Assembly: GCA_051294905.1 (NCBI GenBank)
Contig: CM119371.1
Location: forward strand, 40,736,001-40,800,000
Length of the DNA stretch: 64,000 nucleotides
Reading direction: 5' to 3'
Origin: Botryllus schlosseri
Lineage: Eukaryota
Shown here: one piece after another, positions 27,101-37,038 of the stretch
Layout of the letters: each line of letters starts with the position of its first letter
How positions within the stretch are numbered: position 1 is the stretch's first letter
Translations under genes and position numbers: made by a program
Notes under the pieces: generated by a model
Seen by the model: only the letters and a program-made list of their open reading frames with translations
Databases searched by the model: none
Told to the model about the DNA's origin: nothing

Positions 27101-27352
27101 GTTTCGCTCGTCTTGTCAAATGGAATTTAATCGCCTAATCGGGTTTGGATACTGAAGGCAATGTAGGGAATGAAATTGTTAAGTTTGGCTTAATGAATGC
27201 TCGTTAGTGCTGTTTTTTTTTGTGCTAGGAATGCATGCATGCATGGGGATTACAATCAACGAATCCAGTCTGGGGTAACGGAAGGCATCACTTTGAAAAA
27301 CGCATCAGCTATAATGATGAATCTAGAAAACCGCTATTTGTTGTTTTCCAAC

Positions 27353-27387
<35 letters not shown>

Positions 27388-27704
27388 TATTCGGTCCATG
27401 AACATTGATAATACACATGGTATAGATAAATACAAAGGAAAGTATATATAATTCAGAACCAGGCTGTAGCGAAGGGATCGGGAGATCATCAAGTCAGCTA
27501 CAGCCTGAAAGGATGGTTGTAATATGAAACTTATCACATAATATAACACATTTGCAAGCAAAAAATATAACATATACGCAATGTATCAGAAACAGATGAA
27601 AAAATAAGTGGGATCACAGTAGGTAACCTGAATAGACGAGATAAAACAATTGCACTGGCTACAGGAACACAAACTAGACAAAGAGACGCTGATTGACACA
27701 TTTA

Positions 27705-30700
27705 TTAAGAATGTTCATATTTGCCTACAAGATATTCGTGAAACACTTGTTTAAAGATATGGAGTGGTTTATCTTTAATATGGGGTGGAATGGAGTTCCA
27801 TATACGAGGACCTTGGAAACTGATAGTCTTAGGATGTTCTCGGGGTAAGAATAGATTCATAGAAGAGCCTCGGGTATTGTGTGAATGGTGACTGGTGATA
27901 TGAGTGAAATAGTCTAGGAAGATTTCTGGTAGGCTCTCATTGTAGTAGCCATGCATGAGCTTACCTATTTCATAAAAGTGAATATCTTCAACTTTTAAGA
28001 TGTTCAAGCGACTATATAAAGGATTTACACTATCTCTGCGATTGGCGAGACAAGTCAATTTAATTGCTTTATTCTGCAGGCTTTTAATCCGATTCAAGTA
28101 TTTGGCTTTAGCTGAACCCCACAATACGACCCCATAAGTCAAGTGCGAGTGGAAGAGTGTGTGATATATTGTTAGTCGTGTGGAAAGTGGTAATAGGAAA
28201 CGAACTTTTCTTAAGATTCCTATGGCTTTCGATAGTTTAATGCAAATTGAATTAATGTGATCACCCCAGGATAGCTTATTATCTATAATTATGCCAAGAT
28301 AGGATAGAGACGTCTGGAAAGTAAGTCTTTCATTATTGAGCTTCAGTACTATGTCTTTTGGAGTACCTTTACCAAAGAACATACAGTGTGTTTTTGAAGT
28401 ATTTATTGTTAGTCTATTGCTACACATCCAGTCATATATTTTTATTAGATTTGCATTACATGAATACTCAAGGTCAGCCGTATTACAAGATGAGAGCATG
28501 AGAGATGTATCATCTACAAACAGTTGAATTGTGAAGTCCGATACATTGTCTATATCATTAATATAAATTAAAAATAGGAAAGGACCCAGAACTGATCCTT
28601 GAGGTACACCCATTTCAATTTCGAGCTTATCTGTTGAGACTTCACCATTTTTAACAAATTGCCATCTATTACATAAATAGGACTGTAGTAGCTTATACAT
28701 GTTACCCCTAACTCCATAGTGGGATAATTTCTCCAAGAGTATTGATCTATCCACTGTATCAAATGCCTTTTTTAGATCTAGAAAGATGCAGATGGTGGAT
28801 AGATTACTGAAAAGGTTTTTAGAGATGTTATTTATACTATCTATAACTGCATGCTGGGTTGAGTGACGCTCTCTGAAACCAAATTGTTTTCTGGATATTA
28901 TGCTAAATTTCTCAACGAAGCAAGTTAGCCTTTTAAGTATTAATTTTTCTATAATTTTAGAAAAAATAGGCAAAATAGAGATTGGTCTATAATTGGTGAG
29001 ATCTTTAGGATTGCCTTTCTTCAGAACAGGCGTGACTCTGGCTATTTTCAAAATATCATGGAAGATCCCAAGCTCGAAGCATTTATTGATCAGTTTAGTG
29101 AGTATAGGTAATATTGTATATATGATCTCTTTCAGAATAAAGACTGGAATACAATCTGGGCCTGTGGCTGTATCATTCTTAAATGAGTGAACTATCGCGA
29201 TGACTTCATTCTCAACGACTGGCTGGACAAAGGTAGAGTTCTGTTGTGGTTTATCGAGATATTTCTTGTAGTTATTGGTAGGCACATGTTTGTCAGCAAG
29301 GTTTCTGCCAATATTTGCAAAGTATTGGTTGAAAGCCTTGCATATGTCAAGTTCAGATGTTACGGTTGTATTGCCTATGCTGATTTTAGTTGGAAATTTT
29401 TTTTGCTCAGTTGATTTAAAAAGTTTATTAAAGAGCCCCCATGTTTTTGTTTGATCACCTTGGTTCTTATAAAATTGATCCTTGTAATAGTTGCTCTTCG
29501 ACTTTTTCTTCAATTTGGTGAATATATTTGTGTAATTTTTATACAGTTCCACTTTGCTATCTACACCGGAAAGAAAATGACTCTTGTAGAGTTTGCGTCG
29601 AGTCGCTATTGAGATTCGGATTGCAGAGGTCAGCCATGGTTTATTTGCGTATCTCATCTCCCTGCGAGTTTTTTTGCGGAGAGGTGCATGTTTTTCAATT
29701 AGGGAGTTGATGGTATTAATTAGAGATGAAAAGTTATTATTTATATCATCAGTTTGAGTTCTACTTTCGACTTCAAGGTCATTTATTGCATCAAAAAGTT
29801 CATTCGAGAAGTTGTCCTCCGAGAGATTTCTATAGTTACGAGTGTAGGCTATTTTGTGTTTCACTCCTACTGAAGCATTCATGATTTTACAGAAAGTTGG
29901 TAAGTGATCAGATATATCGCTTCTTAATATTCCGGATTGGTGCTCGACCTGATTGTTGGTGAATATGAGGTCAATTAGTGTCCTTGAGTTATGAGTTATT
30001 CTAGTTGGATCTTTAATTGATGAAAGACACGAGAAACATGATATTAGGTTGGACAGATCCACAGAATATTTGTTATCTGATTTAAGGAGGTCTATGTTGA
30101 AGTCTCCCAACAAGTAAAAAGTTTTTTGTTGTAGGGTCAACTTCTCGAAGCAATTTTCCATTGCATCTATGAATTGAGCCATCGATTGGTGAGGGTGTCT
30201 GTAGATTGCACCTATTATGATGTTTTCTCTCTTTTTTTTATTCACCAAAGTTATTTCAATCCACAGGTCTTCACAGCCTTGAAGATTCAGGCCAAACTCT
30301 GAAGTGATATGGAATTGGACATTGTTCCTAATATAGAACCCCACTCCACCCACTACTGTGGGAGAATTTGCATTGATAAATGTATATCCATCAATATGGA
30401 CGTCAAAAGGAAGGACAGTAGATAATCTCGTTTCACTTATGGCAAGTATGTCAGGATGTCTAGAAAACTCAGAAATTAACAAAGTGACTAAGCCACTGTT
30501 TTTAGGAAGTGATCTTACATTAGCATGTAGCATAGTAATATAAGGGCTATCATCAGTAGGAGCATTAAATTCTTCTATACTATAATAATTATAGAATCCC
30601 TTAGGTATGTCAGAGCTAGATAAATTTTTGACATAAGATAATTCCCTAGTTAGTTGCATGTTGTCAAGTGATGAAAATGGTAACTCCGAGTTTAGGCATT

Positions 30701-30866
30701 GGCAGCAATAATAATACTCATCAGTAGTTCCGATAAGATTGAATTGCGGTGTCGTCAGTTTGGTGCACTTCAAATGAGTCCAGTAGTCACAGATATCACA
30801 GCAAATGCAAGGCTGATTTGACTTGCATGGTTTGTTGCAATAGCCACATGGAAATAAGACGGGCAT
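27705..30866 (-). CDS. LINE ORF2: PHD finger + APE endonuclease + reverse transcriptase (1053 aa)
   Basis: N-terminal C4HC3 pattern (CGYC..CICCDIC..WTHLKC..CCQC), EN motifs (NVRSL, ISETRL, GDFNID, SDHLP) and RT motifs (NYRPIS, LDLKKAFD, GVPQGSVLGP, FVDDT). Confidence 0.95.
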   Translation of the reverse strand: MPVLFPCGYCNKPCKSNQPCICCDICDYWTHLKCTKLTTPQFNLIGTTDEYYYCCQCLNSELPFSSLDNMQLTRELSYVKNLSSSDIPKGFYNYYSIEEFNAPTDDSPYITMLHANVRSLPKNSGLVTLLISEFSRHPDILAISETRLSTVLPFDVHIDGYTFINANSPTVVGGVGFYIRNNVQFHITSEFGLNLQGCEDLWIEITLVNKKKRENIIIGAIYRHPHQSMAQFIDAMENCFEKLTLQQKTFYLLGDFNIDLLKSDNKYSVDLSNLISCFSCLSSIKDPTRITHNSRTLIDLIFTNNQVEHQSGILRSDISDHLPTFCKIMNASVGVKHKIAYTRNYRNLSEDNFSNELFDAINDLEVESRTQTDDINNNFSSLINTINSLIEKHAPLRKKTRREMRYANKPWLTSAIRISIATRRKLYKSHFLSGVDSKVELYKNYTNIFTKLKKKSKSNYYKDQFYKNQGDQTKTWGLFNKLFKSTEQKKFPTKISIGNTTVTSELDICKAFNQYFANIGRNLADKHVPTNNYKKYLDKPQQNSTFVQPVVENEVIAIVHSFKNDTATGPDCIPVFILKEIIYTILPILTKLINKCFELGIFHDILKIARVTPVLKKGNPKDLTNYRPISILPIFSKIIEKLILKRLTCFVEKFSIISRKQFGFRERHSTQHAVIDSINNISKNLFSNLSTICIFLDLKKAFDTVDRSILLEKLSHYGVRGNMYKLLQSYLCNRWQFVKNGEVSTDKLEIEMGVPQGSVLGPFLFLIYINDIDNVSDFTIQLFVDDTSLMLSSCNTADLEYSCNANLIKIYDWMCSNRLTINTSKTHCMFFGKGTPKDIVLKLNNERLTFQTSLSYLGIIIDNKLSWGDHINSICIKLSKAIGILRKVRFLLPLSTRLTIYHTLFHSHLTYGVVLWGSAKAKYLNRIKSLQNKAIKLTCLANRRDSVNPLYSRLNILKVEDIHFYEIGKLMHGYYNESLPEIFLDYFTHITSHHSHNTRGSSMNLFLPREHPKTISFQGPRIWNSIPPHIKDKPLHIFKQVFHEYLVGKYEHS

Positions 30867-30906
30867 TTTCTTATCTATTGATCAAGGCTGAATTAGTGGT
30901 TACAGT

Positions 30907-31698
30907 TCATTCTAGGGGGATGCCATACCTTGGCAGATCATCATCACTTCTGATTGTCCAAATTTGGCTTTCGTCGTCCTTTCTCAAGTAGGATACTCCT
31001 TGCCTTGTCCATATGTATTTGAACTTGTTGGCTCTTTTGAATTTTAGGCATGCATTGAATCTTTTTCGGTTAGTCTTCGTAAGGCTCTCATTGATGTATA
31101 TTGTTTCTTTAGTTTTGTGCAGTATTGATCTGCTGTTGTAGATCATGTCACGAACTCTTCTCGAGCAAAATTTGACTATCAAGATAGGATCAGGATAGTC
31201 TTCAGTTGGTTGAGCTAGTCTATGACAAGCACTTATATCGTGCTTTGTGACTGTCACATCTACTTTTTTGGCAACTGACATTACAAGATCTTCAGTACAC
31301 TCCTTCTCGTGGTAGGGTATTCCTTGCAATTCAATGCATTCTCTTCTTCCATATTGCTCCAGATCGTTTATTGCTCTATTGGTCTCTCTGTTGGATGTTT
31401 GGAGGTCGTGTACAATTTTCTTCAGGTAGTTATTTTCCGATTCGACCTTCGACAGTTGCTTGCTCGTAGTATCAAGTTTACCTTTTATCTCCTCATATTT
31501 TTCGTTTAGGAATTCGGCACTCTTTTTGAGTTCTATGATTTCCTTCATGAGTTCAGAGAACTTCTGGCCATTTTGTAGTTTTTGATCATCCATCTTGTCT
31601 GAAAGTGCATCCAGCTTCGATAGTATAGTTCGTAATCCACATTCTTTTTGGACGAGGATCTTTGTGACATTTTCTAGCATCACAGTGCAGCAGTGCAT
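30907..31698 (-). CDS. LINE ORF1: coiled coil + RRM-like / baculovirus FP25K-like C-terminal domain
   Basis: Heptad-rich N-terminal half, then LEQYGRRECIELQGIP, DISACHRL, ILIVKF, IYINESLT, FKYIWTRQG, typical of this ORF1 class. Lies 40 bp upstream of ORF2. Confidence 0.9.
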   Translation of the reverse strand: MHCCTVMLENVTKILVQKECGLRTILSKLDALSDKMDDQKLQNGQKFSELMKEIIELKKSAEFLNEKYEEIKGKLDTTSKQLSKVESENNYLKKIVHDLQTSNRETNRAINDLEQYGRRECIELQGIPYHEKECTEDLVMSVAKKVDVTVTKHDISACHRLAQPTEDYPDPILIVKFCSRRVRDMIYNSRSILHKTKETIYINESLTKTNRKRFNACLKFKRANKFKYIWTRQGVSYLRKDDESQIWTIRSDDDLPRYGIPLE

Positions 31699-31838
31699 AT
31701 AATGATATAAGTTATCAATCTGCTGTATTAGGGCTGGCTATATGCATCTCAATTTCTCATCTGAGATCTGCATCTTATCACAATTAATATCATTATAGAG
31801 CTATCGTTATAAAGCTATGATTTGATGAAGTGACTCAC

Positions 31839-32254
31839 TTGAATTGTATTCTTTATGCACCTTGTGATGATGCCCAACAGCTCATCGTCGATACTGCAGT
31901 TGTTTAAATTCAAAGACCGAAGGCTCTGACTTCTTGCTGCAAGCGATCCAACGACGTGAGCTTGATCGCGACTCAGTGAGATGCGAGATGCTTCGATGAC
32001 GTCAAGACCTTTCATGAGATCGTCGTCGTCTGATTCATAGATCGTTGTGTAAAGCTCCATGAGAGTGCTGCGGTCATCGAAGGCGTCAAGACCTTTCATG
32101 AGCTTGCCGTTGTCTGATACATAGTTCAATGAGCGGAGTAAAACACGAAAACGGTCAGTGGCTTCGTAAATGCCTTCGTTTCTCCCTGCAATCTTCTCGG
32201 GTTGAAGGCAGAGTGATTGCGCCAAAACCTGTTTCTTTTCCGTTCCATCGGAGA
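31839..32254 (-). CDS. Post-NACHT / first LRR exon of the NLR-like gene
   Basis: Acceptor ctcgacacag| in phase 1 (matches the NACHT exon donor), 416 bp open, ribonuclease-inhibitor-type LRR 'SLRSLNLNNCSIDDELLGII', donor CAA|gtgagt. Confidence 0.85.
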
Positions 32255-32357
32255 CTGTGTCGAGACAAGAAATATCAAGGTAACCGTTGACGGCACATCG
32301 TTACGTAACAATTAACAATTGGACGATGTGCGCCGCTACGACAAAACCATGTCCCTC

Positions 32358-34028
32358 CAGGGTTGCCAGATTGGCCCTTTCGGGGCCAAATTCGTGAAAT
32401 TTGGCCTTTTTTGGAGGCAGTTGGCCCCAAAATAATAATTTGGCCCCTTGACCCTTTATTTTCAATTTTTGGCCCTTTTTGGAAGCAGTTGAGACATACC
32501 GTCAAACTAAGTATTCAAATAAATCTATCTCGCAAATTGAGCTGACAATGTTTATGCCAATGTCAAAGATTCGAGTGGAAACACTCTAGATCAGGGGTGT
32601 CAAACATCCTGCCCGCGGGCCGTATCCGGCCCACCAAGCAATTCTGAGTAGATTGAACAAATCTTATATTTTTCAGCACAGCATTTGCAGCAAATATTGA
32701 GATTTTTTGCAGGAAATACGTCCTTGTTCATAGGGTCCATTATAACCACCCAACTACGGCAACGTGGTTTCACTCTAGTTACCGCTATAGTGATATGTCG
32801 GTGAAATTGATATCCAATTTCAAGAAGACAAAAAGTGAACACTAAATTTAAAGTTATTTACACAAGGTGAAACGCCAATGCGGAACCTTTATATGCAGTT
32901 TACGTGGAGAGAATATTAGTTGCACAAATGCATTATAAAAATATCTGCAGTCGCACTGCCGTGTCACTTTCGACTAGGGCTGGGCAAAATCGAGTACCTG
33001 AGTGATTCGATTCTGAATCACGAAATATGCTTCGAGTCGAGTAATCGAGTATCACTCATTATGACTTCATAACAGAATGTAATACGCCAAATATCAAATA
33101 TGTATCGTTTATACGTCACCACAAAGAGTATAATGCCTGTTATCCATCTCATAATACATACTTGGCTATTTTTTCGACCATACCGATTTCATTCCTCTTG
33201 GTGATAATCTTGCGGGATAATCATGACTTCGGAAATGTGTTACGTCCTGCAATCTTCATATATAGATTCGTGCCATATGTTTCGTACGCCAATCGAGGTT
33301 TCGATGCATAACAGTGAAAATTAGTTCCGAAACTATAACTGTCGTTAATAAATTACCTTTCAGAGGGAAGAACCCTATAATTTCAGTACTCGAGAAAAAT
33401 CGTATTTTACTACTCGACTCGAATCATTAAAATTAATACTAGATTCATATTCGATGTACTTGAGTCATTGTGCCTACTTTGTTTTTGTAGAATGTAGACT
33501 GTGTTGGAATTGTAAATACAGATTTGTGAACAGTGGACGAAAAAGCATCGAACATGACTGGAAGCTATGTAGCAGAAAAAGTCTGAAGAAGAGCACCCTT
33601 ATAGTACTTAATGATTGATAGAAATTTCAAAGAAAAAAATTCAACATAACCGTAGAGTTTTTTGGTGAAAAACCTAAAAATTAGGGATATAAGTTGGATA
33701 AGTTTCAAATGTAAAGAAACTATTCTCTCAATGTTTAATTAAAATTCATAAAATTTAATCACTCTCATATTACAGCACAAAAAGTTAAATTTTACGATTT
33801 TATATTCAGTCGGAAGAGGCTTGAAATAATGCGAAGCAGTTATGTTAGTTGGATCCAGTGTAGTTGCAGGTAGTGGATTTGGTGTCCTACAACACTATCG
33901 ACAATATAAAACTGGATTTCCAGGTGTCTTTGGGTAATGTTGCAACGTTATTGAACAATTTGGCCCTTTTTTGGCCCCTTTTCCGGCGCTGTTTGGCCCT
34001 TTTTCGCTAAAGATGTCTGGCAACCCTG
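32358..34028. mobile_element. Non-autonomous DNA transposon (P- or hAT-like) with nested insertions
   Basis: TIRs CAGGGTTGCCAGA / TCTGGCAACCCTG, perfect 8-bp TSD TGTCCCTC, subterminal TTGGCCC repeats. Contains a hAT end at 32592 and a MITE at 32974-33475. Confidence 0.88.
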
Positions 34029-34041
34029 TGTCCCTCGGAAA

Positions 34042-34560
34042 ATGAGAATAAATAATGTTTCTCCAACTCCTTCATCGCAGTCTGTTGACACACTGCGTGA
34101 TTATGAACAAGTCACTGCTTGTAATTCGGCTATTGGACAGCATCTCTTATCCCATCCAGAATGTGCTGATCACTACAATGACAGTCAATTTTCTATACTT
34201 GCTCGTGGCCGTTCTCTTTTTCATTTAAAGGTCCTGGAATCTACGATCATAAAGCTACGAAAGCCGATTCTCTGTCGCCAGAAGGAACGCCTCTACACTC
34301 TTGGAATATTTCATTAATGTTATGTGTTGTGTTTTCGGTTATTTATAACCGAATATGTACTCGTTAACGTTTGTTTTGTACCGTTACTACCGTATCTAGC
34401 CCGTCTACCAGTTGTTTGTTTTTGTTATTATTACGTCATACAGACAAAATATTTCTTACATTTCGAATTTGATTCATCCCATCACTAACGTTCGCTACTA
34501 ATGAGAGTTAGTCGAAAAGCTTCTAGCGAATAAATTAACAATATGAAGTTATTGTTTCGC
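34042..34560 (+). mobile_element. Penelope-like retroelement 3' remnant (C-terminal part of GIY-YIG endonuclease + 3' UTR)
   Basis: SAIGQHLL..PECA..Y....FSILARGRSLFHLKVLESTII...KPILCRQKE is the characteristic C-terminus of Penelope-like GIY-YIG domains. It is followed by a hammerhead motif and AATAAA. Confidence 0.85.
34491..34530 (+). ncRNA. Minimal type I hammerhead ribozyme motif with a core G-to-A substitution
   Basis: TTCGCTA-CTAATGA-GAGTTAGTC-GAAA-AGCT-TC-TAGCGAA: 7-bp stem I, core CUAAUGA (consensus CUGAUGA), short stem II, GAAA, palindromic stem III, UC cleavage site. Confidence 0.75.
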
Positions 34561-34652
34561 GTTATTCTGAAGTTCTGTACCACAAATCACTTGTTCAGCA
34601 AGAAGAGACGCTGTGTGCCGATGCGTAACCGCCAGGAGTTGAGTATCTAACG

Positions 34653-35826
34653 CAGAGGTCTCAAACACGCGGCCCGCGGGCCGCATGCGGCCCCCGACAA
34701 CATTTTGTGCGGCCCGCGAAGGCATTTGGGAATTTCAAGTTATCGACAATATATTCAAGTGTCATATAACTTGAAATTCACTCTTAAACTACTACAAAAA
34801 CCTGACATTTAAACAAACTTCACCATCACATCACCTCTAAAATCTATCACGCGGTCCAAGATCGGTATTATGTCACATTTCCGGTTCATGATGATAAAAC
34901 ATGACCCGTTGATGATTCGTGACTGAAAATTTCTTCAAATTACTCGATTTTGGATTGTCTGGGTAAACTGAAAATGACTCGAGTTTAGTAGAGTTAAACC
35001 TTGCGCCTCGTGACTTGGAAATCCTACGGACGCAACAATCTATGAAACTGTCATGGGGAATAGCAATATATCAAAAGTCTGTAGCTTGCGTTGCCCTTGC
35101 ATTCTATAACCCCGTGACGTGTATTTGGTTACGTCCTGGATGTTGTTTGTTCTCTTTATCCATGTTATTATCGGTGGCGAGTAAAGTAGTGGTACGCTCC
35201 ACAGCTGTAACACCAATGGATTCTTCGGCGATTGGTCATTTCTATTCCGGGGGTTCTTAACCAGGGGTCGGTTGTAGCCCCTTCGTGGTGCGAAGCACCA
35301 CATCAGGGGGTACGAGATGCATTGTGGAAATAGGCCTATATGCTGTGGAATATTTTCGGGGCTAATTTATGCAATTGGGAAATATTCGTCGTGCTACGCG
35401 CGATTTTACGGGAATAGGCTTTCCGATTTCTAAATAGGTACCATCAGCGGTGTCTTATAAAAAGCAACGAATTGAGACGTGCTACAAGTGGGTAAATACG
35501 GAATTTTCGGCCTGATGTAAGATGGCCAATGTAGTCGAAACACGATCAATAACAAAAAAAATCATCAGAAATTGTGTTGAAAATGGACAGGGGGCACGGG
35601 AGATCTTATTGAAACATAAGCGGTACGATCGCTGAAAGGTTAAGAAAGAATGCTGTAACTATGGCACAATAATGATTATATTTAAATTGTTATTGATCTG
35701 TTCCAATGTTAACTGGAGATCACTGGGATATTATACATTGAATACCCATATTATTGATGCTGCGGCCCGCGACGTCATCAAAATTAGGAAATTGGCCCGC
35801 GAACACATTTGAGTTTGAGACCTCTG
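34653..35826. mobile_element. hAT-type non-autonomous element with a nested hAT MITE (about 35250-35650)
   Basis: TIRs CAGAGGTCTCAAAC / GTTTGAGACCTCTG with perfect 8-bp TSD ATCTAACG. Confidence 0.9.
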
Positions 35827-36417
35827 ATCTAACGGTTAGGTTAGTAATCTATCCTTAATTTCAGTATATATAGCCTACTATTATCGGAGTCTGCACTCTG
35901 GTGGCAGATGAGTCGCCAGTCGTCGGCCAGAACCGATCTTTATTAGATATTTTCGGTATAAAGCGCTAAACAATCGCTAAATACCTTTTCAAAAATCGCT
36001 AGATTTATCGCTAGGCGCTAGATCCATATTTTTAGCGCTAAACCTGATGAAAAATCGCAAAAATCGCTAAATTGGCAACACAGTGTGAGATCGGGCGCTC
36101 TAGGCCGAGGTGGATGTTAGAGTAAAGGATCGCTACTGATGCGTGTCGTTAGACATCCTCCTATCTGTTCATGACATCGCATTGTGTCTTATCGCATTGT
36201 ACATTGTGTGTGACTTGTTCAGATAAAAATAATAACCCAACAATGTTATGTTATGTTATGTTCAAGTCCTATGAATATATGACTGTAATTAATGACTGTC
36301 AGTTTCCATTTCCTCAGCTTCCGCATAGGAATTTCAGTGAAATATAGGAACTGGGTTTTCCTGTGGGTTTATTTAGCGTCCACATCTGGGTTTTTCAAAA
36401 ATATCCCAGTGGCATAT

Positions 36418-36932
36418 CTAGGGCACAATGATTCGAGTACTCGTTTCTGAATCCAGTATTAATTTTCATGATTCGAGTCGAGTAATATAATACGATTTTT
36501 TCGAGTAGAATACCATGTGTTACGCTCCTCGCTACTGAATGTTGATTTACTAACGAGAATTATCGTTTTGATACTATTTTTCAATGATAAGGCCTTGAAA
36601 CCTTGATTGGCCGTGTCGCAGCATACGAGAGATAGTAAAAAGTTACGAACGTAGCTCGAAATACCACATTTTCGAAGTCATGATCGTCCCACAACATTGT
36701 CAAGAAGTGCAATGAAATTGGTATGGTCGAAAAAATACCAATGTATCTTTAATGTGATGGATAACAGCCATTACGTTCTTTGCGGTGGCATAAAAGATAC
36801 ATATTTGAACTTTGACATTGTATATTCTGTTGTAACGTTATAATGAGTGATACTCGAATACTCGACTCGACTCGAAGGGTAATTCGTGATTCAGAATCTA
36901 ATCACTCAAGTACTCGATTTTGTCCAGCCCTA
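36418..36932. mobile_element. MITE, same family as 12108-12560 and 32974-33475
   Basis: TAGGGCACAATGATTCGAG...TTGTCCAGCCCTA with long shared internal blocks. Confidence 0.8.
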
Positions 36933-37038
36933 CCTACGACTAGATGTCTGCGCGGTTACATAATTTCTAGAATCCACACTCTTCATAAACGTATAGTCGT
37001 GTATTAACTGGCTGACCGTGCGCAAAATTTAATCAAGC

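Larger units (their letters stand above)
27356..31800 (-). mobile_element. Near full-length CR1/L2-group LINE inserted in an intron of the NLR-like gene
   Basis: Two intact ORFs, 3' hairpin CAGGCTGTAGC...GCTACAGCCTG (27460-27507), AATAAA and a (CT)n tail. The 5' boundary is approximate. Confidence 0.95.
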
